Shown: one piece after another, positions 1 through 11,323 of the stretch
How positions within the stretch are numbered: position 1 is the first letter of the stretch
Layout of the letters: every line of letters begins with the position of its first letter
NCBI RefSeq assembly: GCF_006345805.1
Contig: NC_043017.1
Coordinates: forward strand, 32,736,001-32,800,000
Length of the DNA: 64,000 bases
Source of the DNA: Octopus sinensis
Lineage: Eukaryota
Reading direction: 5' to 3'
The notes under the pieces: generated by a model
What the model saw: only the letters and a program-made list of their open reading frames with translations
The model's database searches: none
What the model was told of the DNA's origin: nothing
Program-made: the position numbers and the translations under genes

Positions 1-54
1 GAATATAGGAAATCGACCGTATGGGCCAATGGCTCAGAAGAGCGTTTGATCTTT

Positions 55-86
<32 letters not shown>

Positions 87-132
87 TATATAAATATATT
101 TATCAAAATAAAAACATGATGCAAGGGATTTA

Positions 133-220
133 GCGGTACATATGTTTCGGGTGTTTATTAGACGGTTTTATAACAATGCATAATTGATGTAAATGTGTGT
201 CTATAGCCTTCTTCAGCCGC
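133..220 (-). ncRNA. Type I hammerhead ribozyme motif (mirror copy in left palindrome arm)
   Basis: Exact reverse complement of 477-564. Confidence 0.7.
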
Positions 221-476
221 GTACAATTACTACTTCAAGGACATGTATTACATTATAAGTTTTACGTTGGGGATGCAAATCCTCATAGTCGCGTACGACA
301 GAGTGGGGCACCAACACAAAATCGAAGCGTCCATCCCGCTTCTACATCGAGTGAAAAACGGGATGGATGCTTCGATTTTGTGTTGGTGCCCCACTCTGTC
401 ATACGCGACTATGAGGATTTGCATCCCCAACGTAAAACTTATAATGTAATACATGTCCTTGAAGTAGTAATTGTAC

Positions 477-564
477 GCGGCTGAAGAAGGCTATAGACAC
501 ACATTTACATCAATTATGCATTGTTATAAAACCGTCTAATAAACACCCGAAACATATGTACCGC
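477..564 (+). ncRNA. Type I hammerhead ribozyme motif with long stem II
   Basis: GCGG(477-480) CTGAAGA(481-487) AGG...CC GAAA(549-552) CATATG TA CCGC(561-564). Stem I is GCGG/CCGC, stem III is the palindrome CATATG, the cleavage triplet is GUA, and stem II has an inner TAGAC/GTCTA pairing. Confidence 0.7.
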
Positions 565-711
565 TAAATCCCTTGCATCATGTTTTTATTTTGATTAATA
601 TACTCTATCACCTACACCACTAAATGGTATTTACAGGTGCTTACAATTATCAAGTATTCACCCTGAATTTTTATATATATATATATTAAAATAACAACAG
701 ATGAATAACGG

Positions 712-805
712 TACATTCACTATAGCTGTTTCAAACTAATTTTTGAATTAATGAAGAGAGATATTACATCATGTGAAAAAGAAACCTATTCCTCAGGTGA
801 ATATA
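712..805 (-). ncRNA. Type I hammerhead ribozyme motif, slightly decayed
   Basis: Minus strand reads TATATTCAC CTGAGGA ... GAAA CAGCTA TA GTGAATGTA. Stem I is 9 bp (one G-U); stem III is one base from the palindrome CAGCTG; stem II is poorly paired. Confidence 0.55.
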
Positions 806-1289
806 TACAAATTACACATTCAAAACATTTCAAAAGTCACCAGTTTGTATCACTTCATGATTTCTTGACTGGTAATATATACATATTTACATACACACTC
901 AGATATGTGTCCAAGCATACATGTACAACACACACACACGAACACAGCACCATCATCATCATCATCGTCATCATCATTCTCATACATTATATATGTGTGT
1001 TTCTATTTGCATTTCTCTGAAAATTGTTGAGCTATAAATCATGGTGGTGTTGTCATTTTCTCAGTCAAAAGGTAGTCTACTGACTCTGAGCTTCCGAACA
1101 GGTATGGAAATATGGTTAAAAGACCTTTTATTTGAAAAACATTTAAGGGTTAGTAGCAGGAAGGCCATTTGGTTGTAAAGCTTATCACAGTAAGGTGATA
1201 ATGTATCATTGATAATGTATTCATAGATGTCCACAGAGGAAAAAAATGTAAAAACCTGAAAAAATACATTCCCATGTGTGCGTGTGTGT

Positions 1290-1322
<33 letters not shown>

Positions 1323-1502
1323 CATAGGTACAGGATTTAGCAATGAGGTTGGGGTTGCACACATGATTATAATGTTGTGGTTTAAGTTCCTGGATCTTGA
1401 ATAGAACACATCATTTTTTATTTATTCCAATCCATTCATCTGGCAAAAATGAGTAGCCCTGTGGACTGACATCCCATCCAGAGAGCAATATATAAGCTAC
1501 AG

Positions 1503-1700
1503 CAGTGGTTCCCATACTTTTTAGAGCCACGACCCACTATTTATCACACCAGTTTATGACGACCCACTTAACTCTACTGAACTATCTCAATAGACAGCAG
1601 TTAATCAAAGCTAATGCGTAATTTTATAACTTTTTGCAACCCACTAAGATTCCGTTCGTGACCCATCTGTGGGTCGCAACTCATAGTTTGGGAACCACTG
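1503..1700. mobile_element. hAT (Charlie/Buster-type) MITE
   Basis: TIRs CAGTGGTTCCCA...TGGGAACCACTG, with a perfect 8-bp TSD AGCTACAG (1495-1502, 1701-1708) that has a central TA. Confidence 0.9.
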
Positions 1701-1889
1701 AGCTACAGAGTCCAGGAAACCAGCCTTAGGAGCATGCATACATAAATATAGGCATATATATATATATATATTATATATATATATGTGTGTGTGTGTGTGC
1801 ATGCATTTATACGAGGGAGTGCTGAAAAGTTAGGAGCATGCATACATAAACATAGGCATTTTCTTTGGGGCTGGCCAGATCGGAGCAAT

Positions 1890-2028
1890 CTCAAGATTAA
1901 TCAGCCGAAATTGCGAAGATGATCCGGTTCTTGACTGAAGAGTGAAGGCTTTGAATGTCCTGTCCGTGTTTTTTGTATCGTCTTCTAAATGTTTCACATT
2001 CTTGTCCCAGTTTGTATCTTTTTACATT

Positions 2029-2031
<3 letters not shown>
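1890..2031. repeat. ~140-bp dispersed repeat ending in (TA)n (second copy ~3080-3220)
   Basis: CAAGATTAATCAGCC..TTGCGAAGATGATCCGGTTCTTGACT...TTTACATTTACA is shared by both copies, and both abut CA/TA microsatellites. Confidence 0.8.
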
Positions 2032-2095
<64 letters not shown>

Positions 2096-2104
2096 ATACA
2101 TGTA

Positions 2105-2251
2105 TACGAGGGAGTGCTGAAAAGTTACTGGTTTTGAGTTTTAAAAAAATAGAGTGCGAGCAGTTAATTACGATTTTATTCAACAGATTCTGTTCTTGGA
2201 TTCGTGCACTTATTGCAGTGGCCCTTCAGTTTTTCTAAGCCCTGTAAAAGA
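2105..2251. mobile_element. Mariner-type MITE fragment (TIR TACGAGGG-GTGCTGAAAAGT)
   Basis: The same TIR start recurs at ~1809, ~32292, ~33062 and ~43587; internal sequence matches 33062-33714. Confidence 0.65.
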
Positions 2252-2490
2252 CCATCACCACTCCTACACTAGGAACAGAATTGCTGGTATACAAGCAAAC
2301 ATCCAAGAAATAATTGGAAACAAGAAAAGTCATTCAATGACACAGTATAAACTTGCACTTTACAAATTTGCATTTTCGCTTTGTCCACTTTACACCACCC
2401 CAGCCTCATCTGTCTCTCCTCCCTTTGGCAACCATACAGTTTATTACGAGTAGATCATTAAGAAAAGCATCAAGTGTTCTTCTTAAACTA

Positions 2491-2529
<39 letters not shown>

Positions 2530-3021
2530 ATATATGTGTGTGTGTATGTGTGATGGGTCGAATATCATGCATCAAAACATTTGACATTTTATTTAAATTA
2601 CATTGTTATCCTCATTATTTATTCATCTTGTTGTTCGTCATGTACAAGCACATTTGTATTCATTGTTATTTTATTTATTTATTCAGTTTTAGGAAAAATT
2701 GAAGCATCTGTTTGTCAATTCCAGAATGTACTGAACTTATTTTGTGCATGGCACGTGTCCAACCTTGTATGCGTATACACACACACATATATACATATGC
2801 ATATTTGCACACACGCACACACACACACACACACACATGCATATATCACGATCTTAATTTAGTATTCATCAGAACTGTCCAGAAAACAGGAATGTGAAAA
2901 TGAGTTTCGCTTCTCTGAAGATTTTGCGAAGATTTTGCCGCTTTGATGAAAGCATATTACTCTACCTTGGGTATTGAAGTACCATTTTTTACAACTTTTG
3001 GTTTGCATTTATGTGCTTACT

Positions 3022-3063
<42 letters not shown>

Positions 3064-3217
3064 AATATATATATATTTGTCAAGATTAATCAGCCAAATT
3101 GCGAAGATGATCCGGTTCTTGACTAAAGATTGAAGGCTTCGAATGTCCCGTCCATGTTTTTTGTATCGTCTTCTAAATGTTTCACGTTCTTGTCCCAGTT
3201 TGTATTTTTTTACATTT

Positions 3218-3264
<47 letters not shown>

Positions 3265-3280
3265 CAGAGGTAGATATACA

Positions 3281-3447
3281 AGGCGTAGGAGTGGCTGTGA
3301 GGTAAGTAGCTTGCTTATGAACCACATGGTTCCGGGTTCAATCCCACTGCATAGCACCTTGGGCAAGTGTCCTCTACTATAGCCTCGGACCGACCAAAGC
3401 CTTGTGAGTGGATTTCGTAGACAGAAACTGATAGAGGCCCATCATAT

Positions 3448-3480
<33 letters not shown>

Positions 3481-4282
3481 TATATCATATATATATATGT
3501 ACATATAATTATTATTTGAGGGAATAAAATCCAAACTTACAAGGAAAAAAAGTTCAATTTAGAAATACTAAATCAAATTTCCACAATATAATATATTATA
3601 AAAAATATAGAAAATAAAACACCTATTATCAATTCACAATGAATAATTAAATTACACCATCTAGAAAATTACATATAATAGAAAAGTTAAAGTAACAATT
3701 AAAAAATTACCTATTATATACATTATATTATTCTTGTAATTACTTAATCTTTACTTTTAATTGTTATTTCATTTTAACTTTTCTATTATATATAATTTTC
3801 TAGATGGTGTAATTTAATTATTCATTTTGAATTGATAATAGGTGTTTTTTTTCTAATTTTATATATATATATATATGTACAATATATTATTATTTGAGGG
3901 AATAAAATCCAAACTTACAAGGAAAAAAAAGTTCAATTTAGAAATACTAAATCAAATTTCACACACAATATAATATATATATATAAATTAGAAAATAACC
4001 ACCTATTATCAATTCAAAATGAATAATTAAATTACACCATCTAGAAAATTACATATAATAGAAAAGTTAAAGTAACAATTAAAAAATTACCTATTATATA
4101 CATTATATTATTCTTGTAATTTACTTAATCTTTACTTTTTAATTGTTATTTCAATTTTAACTTTTCTATATATGTAATTTTCTAGATGGTGTAATTTATT
4201 ATTCATTTTGAATTGATAATAGGTGTTTTTTTTTATTTATATTATATTATATGTGTGTGTGTGTGTGTGGTGTGTTGTGTGT

Positions 4283-4325
<43 letters not shown>

Positions 4326-4560
4326 ATGTTGTGTGTGTATATATTTGTGTGTCTGTGTTTGTCCCCCCAACATTGCTTGACAACCGATGCTGGTGCGTTT
4401 ATGTCCCTGTAACTTAGTGGTTTGGCAAAAGAAACCGATAGAATAAGTACTAGGCGTACAAAGAATAAGTCCTGGGGTAGATTTGCTTGACTAAAGGCGA
4501 TGCTCCAGCATGGCCACAGTCAAATGACTGAAACAAGTAAAACATAAAAAGTAAAAGATA
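3281..4560 (+). mobile_element. tRNA-derived CORE-type SINE (family A), split by an insertion into its internal (TA)n
   Basis: Head 3281-3445 has an A box TGGCTGTG.GG, a B box GGTTCAATCCC and the CORE-like CACCTTGGGCAAGT. The tail 4345-4560 ends ...GACTGAAACAAGTAAAA. Foldback block 3500-4240 lies between them. Confidence 0.85.
3510..4232. repeat. Two tandem copies (~378-bp period) of an AT-rich foldback plus conserved terminal motif
   Basis: Each copy has ~90-bp arms (CACCTATTATCAATTC...CACCATCTAGAAAATT / AATTTTCTAGATGGTG...GAATTGATAATAGGTG) preceded by GAGGGAATAAAATCCAAACTTACAAGG...CAAATT. Confidence 0.9.
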
Positions 4561-5635
4561 AAAAAAGAGGTTGGACAAATTAATGGAAACATCTATCATC
4601 AGAGTATTATAATTTTGAAATATCTGTAAAACCATCAAAAGCATGTTTATTTTTATGTTTTTTGATTATAATTAATGTTGCTTATTATGTTTTGCTAAAA
4701 TTGCTGTTTCTTTTCAGATATCATCAGAAAAAGGTTTAATAAGATGAGATAACATTTGATTCTTTAGAAAATAAATAAAACCATAATTTTAAATTAAATA
4801 AAATTTAATCATAATACTTAGATATAATGTATAATCATATTTTATTATTTAGTATAACTAGAATATATCTACTTATTTATATATAAATGTAAGATAATAT
4901 TTAATTAACTTCTAATTTCAGATATTTTAGTTTCCTTATAAAAAGTTATAGTATAATATTCTAAATTTTTAATCTTAATTTAGAAGCTCAATTTTAAGAA
5001 TAACGTCAATTTTAAGAATAATGGTATAATCAATATAGATTAATTGAATTATAATTATAAAAATAATTAAAAATTAGATTTTTACTGATTTTTACTAATT
5101 TTTACTGACTTTTACTTGTTTCAAAATATTTTAAAATATTTTAAAATTATATTTTGAGTAATTTTAGTTTACCTAGTAACTGACCTAGAAATTTCTTATT
5201 TATCAAAGTTAACATCATCATCATCATTTAACGCCCACTTTCCATGCTAGCATGGGTTTATAAATAAAATAAATTAGCCAGGAAAAAAAATTCTCCTGAT
5301 TTATTATTATTCACTTCCCTTACAAGGTAATTATAAATAATAGAAATTAAGTACTTTTAAATGTTAATGAGAATTATCCCCCCCCCCAAAAAAAAGTAGC
5401 TCTCAATGTTGAATTATATGATTGATGTTAGCCATGTTTAATTCATGGAGAGAAAATTACCATACAGATGACTTAACATTTCTTTTTACAAACATTTCTT
5501 TTTCCTACTTTTATTCCACATTTCTGTTCATTATTTACTAAAGTAAAATAATTCCAACAACTTCTAGTTATATAATTTTAGTTGGTCATGTCTTTATTTA
5601 GGATGTAAACAGCAAAATAAGTTCATATATGCTAG

Positions 5636-5736
5636 ACCTGAAGATTGGCAATATGATCGTTTTAATATGGTATTGTATTTCGAGACATTCTCTTTCAGCA
5701 ATATCGAGGAATATGTTGTCATGAAACACGTGTAGT
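5636..5736 (+). ncRNA. Type I hammerhead motif with long stem II and weak stem I
   Basis: CTGAAGA(5638-5644) T TGGCAATAT...ATGTTGTCA T GAAA(5723-5726) CACGTG TA GT. Stem II is 9 bp, stem III is palindromic, the triplet is GUA, and stem I has only 2 bp. Confidence 0.55.
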
Positions 5737-6007
5737 AGAGTATATGATTTCTAATAAGAATTAAAAGTATTAATTTTGATAATTTGGAATAAGAATTGTA
5801 GGTATTAATTTTGATAATTTTAATATTTAGTCCTATATGTCCCTATTGTGGATAATGTCATTCAATGATGATTGAGTTGCTTGAGGGTGATTCTGTCTCT
5901 GAAACCTATATATATATGTATATAATACAGTGAGTAATTCATTTTAGTACCACTAAATTGAATTTTTCTCCCCTGTGGACTCGGAAATAACTTCCCTAAT
6001 ATTAATA

Positions 6008-6047
<40 letters not shown>

Positions 6048-6834
6048 TTGGGGATTATAAGGCACAAAAAGAAAATGACTCCCCAGACACAACAGTATAT
6101 GTATATATATATATATACACATGATAGGCTTCTTTCAGTTTCTGTCTACTAAATCCAAATCCACACACAAGGCTTTGGTCAGCCCAGGGCTATAGCAGAG
6201 GACACTTACCCAAATTGCATGCAGTAGGACTGAACCTTGAACCATGTGGTTGGGAAGCAAGCTTCTTACCACAGAGTCATGCCTATAATTTTGTTTTCAC
6301 AAAGTATGCCACCGGTCACTTAGCACAAGCTTCAAGACTTATATGTACTTTATGTACTTCTCTCATCATCAATGATCTGCAGTGATTGTTAGACAGCTCT
6401 TCAGTGAGCATGTCCAATATGATGAGTAAAACATCCAAATATCATCATACTGTTAAAATTCAGGTATATATTCCACGGCATTCAATATTTAATTAATTTT
6501 AATTAATCATAATATTTAAGGCAGGGAGCTGGCAGAAGCATTACCATCCTGGAAAAGATACTTTGCAGTATTTCTTCCAACTTTATGTCTTGATGTCAAA
6601 TGCCACCAGGGTCAACTTTTCTGTTCATCCTTTCAAGGTCAATAAAATAAGTACCAGTTGACCACTGGGGTTGTTGTAATCGACATATCTATATATGAGA
6701 TATATAATTTTGTTCTTCCTTATAAATATTTTTTCAAAACTGTTGGCCTTGTCCCAAAATTTGAAGCTGATAAATAAAAATTATTGAAGTTGTCTCCCTT
6801 ATGTTTTTGAGCAGAATTAGTCATTTACAAAATA

Positions 6835-7018
6835 AGTATTTCATCTGCCGCTACATTCTGAGTTCAAATTCTGCCGAGGTTGACTTTGCCTTTCATCCTT
6901 TCGGGGTCGATTAAGTAAGTACCACTTACGCACTGGGGTCGATAAAATTGACTTAATCCATTTGTCTCTCCTTGTTTGTCCCCTCTGTGTGTAGCTCCTT
7001 GTGGGCAGTAAAGAAATA
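6835..7018 (+). mobile_element. Meta-type SINE (family B), 5'-truncated; older copy at ~6519-6690
   Basis: GAGTTCAAATTC B-box-like motif, GGTTGACTTTGCCTTTCATCCTTTCGGGGTCGAT..AAGTACC (Meta-domain-like), and tail GTGGGCAGTAAAGAAATA. Confidence 0.8.
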
Positions 7019-8967
7019 AGTGCTCACTTAACTAATTTTGATATTTTATCAATGAAGTCTTTCATATTTTTACAGTGAAGTGTTTCATATCAGCTTCTTT
7101 CTTACAAAGAACCGATGCAATTGTGACTTAGTTTGCAGCTTGTTAGTGAACCTGCAACTATTTTTGAACTCAAATCATTGTGTATCATTTTTAATAACCT
7201 TTACATCAAAACTGTGATTAATAATTTCATTCACAAAGTTATTTCTTCTTGTTAATATCAACATGAGGTAAGAAGTCACCAGGTTGGACATCGCTAGAAT
7301 TGCCAGTCCTGCTAGGAATCTTATAGAGATAAAATGGTTCAGTTAAAAATAGCAGTGAGGTGATTCATAGCACCAAATTCAAGAAAAGAGAGTATGGCAG
7401 GTGCTTTAAAGTGTAATTGTTAGCTTGGTCATGTGGCAAGATGGTACTTATCCAAGTCTGACAGCACACCTATTCTTCTTTTGTGTTCCAAATTGGTGCT
7501 TATAGCATATAATATAATTTATTTCAACTTCTCAGCCTGTGGACTTAGAGTTTCAATAAACTAATTTTAGTGGGGTTCAATGAGATATATAATTCTGTTC
7601 TTCCTTATTAAATATTTTTTCAATTATGATTTTTCAATTACGCCCACCTCCGTCACCATCGACACCTACAGAAATGAAATAAAATGGTAAGAGATGAAGA
7701 GAACCAATAAAGTTTACTCTAGAGTGATTTCATGGGAAATTATTCTCGGCAAATAAACGTGGTTTTCGTGCTTGGTCAACAGTTCATGAAAAAAATATTT
7801 TGAAGTAAAACTGCCAGAAAATATTTCTATCAAATATCTAATTTATGTTTATAGAGGAAGAAAGAAAAACAACAACAACAAAACTTGCAAAGTCTGTTTT
7901 CCCCAACTCCATCCATTAAATATATTAACTTCCCCTACCATATACACAAAGAGAAAAAAAAATCTAAAAATAAGTAAAAGAAATAAAAAATAAAAAATAA
8001 AAAATAAAAAGGTTTCTGTTCATTTTTTTTTTTTTTATCTCTCACCATTCTCAAAGCTTATTTCAATGCTTTTTTAAAAAAAAATATTGATTTAAAATCA
8101 ATCATTTATTGACTTAAGTTTAATTTTTTGCACTTTTTTTCATTCCCAATCTTAAAATTTTTCATTTTTATTTTGCAATAATTTTTTTAAAAGTTTTATT
8201 TTCAAATCGTTTATTTTTAGATTTATCACTTAGAAATTATATTTCAATTAACAAAAATCTCAATCTAAATCAACTTCAGAATTAACAAATAAATAAATAA
8301 ATAAATAAATAAATAAAAAAGAAATAGATAAAAATATAATAACAGAAAGGAATAAGTATGAATAAAAAAAAATACAAACTTATGTTGGAAACTTCATAGC
8401 CTAAATTGTTATAATTGGTAAACAAGTTACAACTATTGTATTATATTGTGAAGTAATTTTGTAACTTTGTCAATATAAATAAGAGAGAAAAAGAGAGAGG
8501 AGAAGCAACAGAGAGAGAGAGAGAGAGGCAGAGTGAGAAAGATGTGGAGAGAATGTTGGCTGGTGAGGAAGATAGAAAGGAAACAACACTAATAAAAATC
8601 AACATTATTAATTCAGATCATGTTGTCTTTACAGTAATATTGACAAGAAGCCAGGACTAGATATAGATTAATATTTTGGTGGTTCTTCTAACAGGAAACA
8701 CGTATAATTGGTGCTGAGTGTATTCTTTCTTCTTTCAAGTGGGGACAGAGATAGTGCTGGGTAAGAGAAAAGTGAAGAGATGCCAGGAGATGTTAGAAAG
8801 GACCCCCGCTCTTCCCCCCCTTTCAACTCTGTTATTCAGTGTACTAATATTTTATTAGAAAGCAAAGGTGACTGAGTTGATAAGATATTACTCAAAGGTC
8901 ATAAGTGCTGTACTGTCACTTGCAACGTATTTTGTTTGTGTGGTCAATATATCTAAGTTCACCCTTA

Positions 8968-10262
8968 CGGGGGTGAGCTGGCAAGACCGTTAGCACACCA
9001 TATGGAATGATTAGTGGCATTTTCAGCCGTCTTTATGTTCTGTGTTCGAATTCCACCAGGGTCAACTTTTGCCTCTCATTCTTTCGGTGTCCATGAAAAA
9101 ATAAAAAAGTACCAGCTGAGCACTAGGGTCAATGTAATGGACTTACCCATTCCCCTGTACCTTTTGGCCTTCTGCCAAAATTTAGAACCAATGTAATTAC
9201 TTCTGGGAGATGGTGAACTGGCAGAATTGTTAGCCCACCAGGCAGAATGATTTACTCTCTCTTTTTACTCTTTTACTTGTTTCAGTCATTTGACTGCGGC
9301 CATGCTGGAGCACCACCTTTAATCGAGCAACTCGACCCCGGGACTTATTCTTTTGTAAGCCCAGTACTTATTCTATCGGTCTCTTTTGCCGAACCGCTAA
9401 GTAACGGGGACGTAAACACACCAGCATCAGTTGTCAAGCAATGCTAGAGGGACAAACACAGACACACAAACACACACACGCATATATATACATATATACG
9501 ACGGGCTTCTTTTAGTTTCCGTCAACCAGATCCACTGACAAGGCTTTGGTCGGCCCGAGGCTATAGCAGGAGACACTTGCCCAAGGTGCCACACAGTGGG
9601 ACTGAACCCGGAACCATGTGGTTGGTAAACAAGCTACTTACCACACATGGCATTTCAGCCGTCTTTGTGTTCTGTGTTCAAATTCCACCAGGGTCAACTT
9701 TTGCTTCTCATTCTTTCGGGGTCCATGAAAAAATAAAAAAGTACCAGCTGAGCACTAGGTCAATGTAATGGACTTACCCATTCCCCTGAACCTTTTGGCC
9801 TTCTGCCAAAATTTAGAACCAATGTAATTACTTCTGGGAGATGGCGAACTGGCAGAATTGTTAGCCGACCAGGCAAAATGATTAGCAGCATTTTATGTCT
9901 TTACATTCTGAGTTCAAATTCCACCAAGGTTGACTTTGCCTTTCATCCTTTCAGGGTCCATAAAATAAGTACCCGTTGATTACTGGGATGTTGATGTGAT
10001 CAACCTACACCCTCCTCCGAAATTGCTGGCCTTGTGCCAAACTTTGAAACCAACATTCCCTGGGCCTAAGGGGGTGAGTTGGTAGAACCATCAGCACAGT
10101 GGCGAAAATGCTTAACAGTACTTTGTTGACCTTTACTTTTTGAGTTCAAATTCTACTGAGATTCACTTTCCCTTTCATTCCTTTCAAGGTACCAGTTGAA
10201 CACCGTGGTTGATGCAATTGGTTTAGCCCAACCTGTTGGCTTTGTGCTAAAATTTGAAACGA
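8968..10262 (+). mobile_element. Head-to-tail array of Meta-type SINE monomers interrupted by a family A SINE
   Basis: Repeated GG(C/T)GA(G/A)CTGGCAG heads at ~8972, ~9212, ~9843 and ~10073, each followed by Meta-like core sequence. Confidence 0.8.
9253..9647 (-). mobile_element. CORE-type SINE (family A)
   Basis: Reverse complement of the family A sequence; the extreme 5' head is missing. Confidence 0.9.
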
Positions 10263-10652
10263 ATATGTTCAAATTCTCCCCTTCCTGACATACGTACATG
10301 CCACCAGATGTGGTTACTGGTTACTTGTTTGTCTCCCTTCTGTGTTCCATAATCCAGTATACCACTAATTCTCTCTGTCTATTGTGATGTTAAATTCCTA
10401 AAAATCCTTTACAGCTTACAATCATTACACTGCAATCATGGTGGGCCCTGTCTTCAGAGAACATTTTCTGGTCCTTCATATAAGATATAAGATGCAAAGT
10501 AGGCACTAGCATAAAAGGAAACGATACCAAAAGATGTTTTTATTAGAATGCGATAAGTCACAATACTTAGCAATAGTCTGTGTTTGCATCTATGTGTTTC
10601 TATCTATGTACGTATCTGTGTGTGTGTTTGTGTGCCTATACATATATATATA

Positions 10653-10685
<33 letters not shown>

Positions 10686-10837
10686 CTAGCTGAGATACCC
10701 GGCCTTGCTTGGGATTAAAATGGTATAGTTTTTTATTGTTTTACTTGTTTCAATCATGTGAATGTGGCCATGCTGGAGCACCGCCATTAGTTGAACAATT
10801 CAATCACAGGATTTATTCTTTGTAAGCTTAGTACTTA

Positions 10838-11323
10838 TTAAAAGCTACAAACAACGTAAATCACTAAAAAGTTCGTCACAAAGGCAAAATTGTTTTCTGA
10901 AATAACGGAGGCAAAATTTTAATAAATGTGGTAGACCAAACTGCGTGACATGCCCAAACCTTCTAGAAGGATCAGAAATTCCTCTTCAAAGAGGGACAGA
11001 AATTCAAAATCAAATCAAATTTTACTTGTGCTTCAGTAAACCTAATTTATGTCATAAGATGCTCGGGCTGCCACCAAAACTACATAGGGTCAACGGGATT
11101 ATTGCTCAGATGCAGATGCGCTCTGCATCGACAACAGATTGCATTCCCAGAATACAGAATGATACTCTTTAGTGAACATATTGAGAAATGCGCAAAACAA
11201 CTACTACCACAATTTGTAATCTTTCCATTCTATCAATGTGCCATTGGAACACCAACACAAGTTAGATTAAACAAGGAAACCTTCTTCATTGAAAAATATA
11301 AGACAAAACTTAACCATTTCTAA
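10838..11323 (+). pseudogene. Penelope-like element ORF 3' end: Cys-rich linker plus GIY-YIG endonuclease (Neptune-like), frameshifted
   Basis: Joined frames give SYKQRKSLK...KCGRPNCVTCPNLLEGSE/FLFKEGQKFKIKSNFTCASVNLIYVIRCSGCHQNYIGSTGLLLRCRCALHRQQIAFPEYR...SEH...FVIFPFY...RLNKETFFIEKYKTKLNHF*. Present are the NxIYxIxCxxCxxxYIG motif, the RxxxH motif and the terminal E..FI..LN motif. Confidence 0.9.

Larger units (their letters stand above)
102..595. repeat. Near-perfect foldback palindrome (~237-bp arms 102-338 / 359-595, 20-nt spacer); probable inverted PLE pseudo-LTR pair
   Basis: 102-338 is the reverse complement of 359-595 with only two mismatches seen (C296/A401, G329/T368). The mirrored ORFs 243..449+ and 248..454- reflect this. 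Flanked by (TA)n; each arm contains an HHR motif. Confidence 0.95.

Noticed and set aside
197-484. ORFs 197..484+, 243..449+ and 248..454- as genes
   Set aside because: Mirror products of the palindrome, with no recognisable protein motif.
2915-2965. Hammerhead at CTGAAGA...GATGAAAGC
   Set aside because: No consistent stem I, II or III could be paired.
4700-4740. 16-nt micro-exon after TTTCTTTTCAG
   Set aside because: The donor is weak (GTTTAA) and there is no supporting context.
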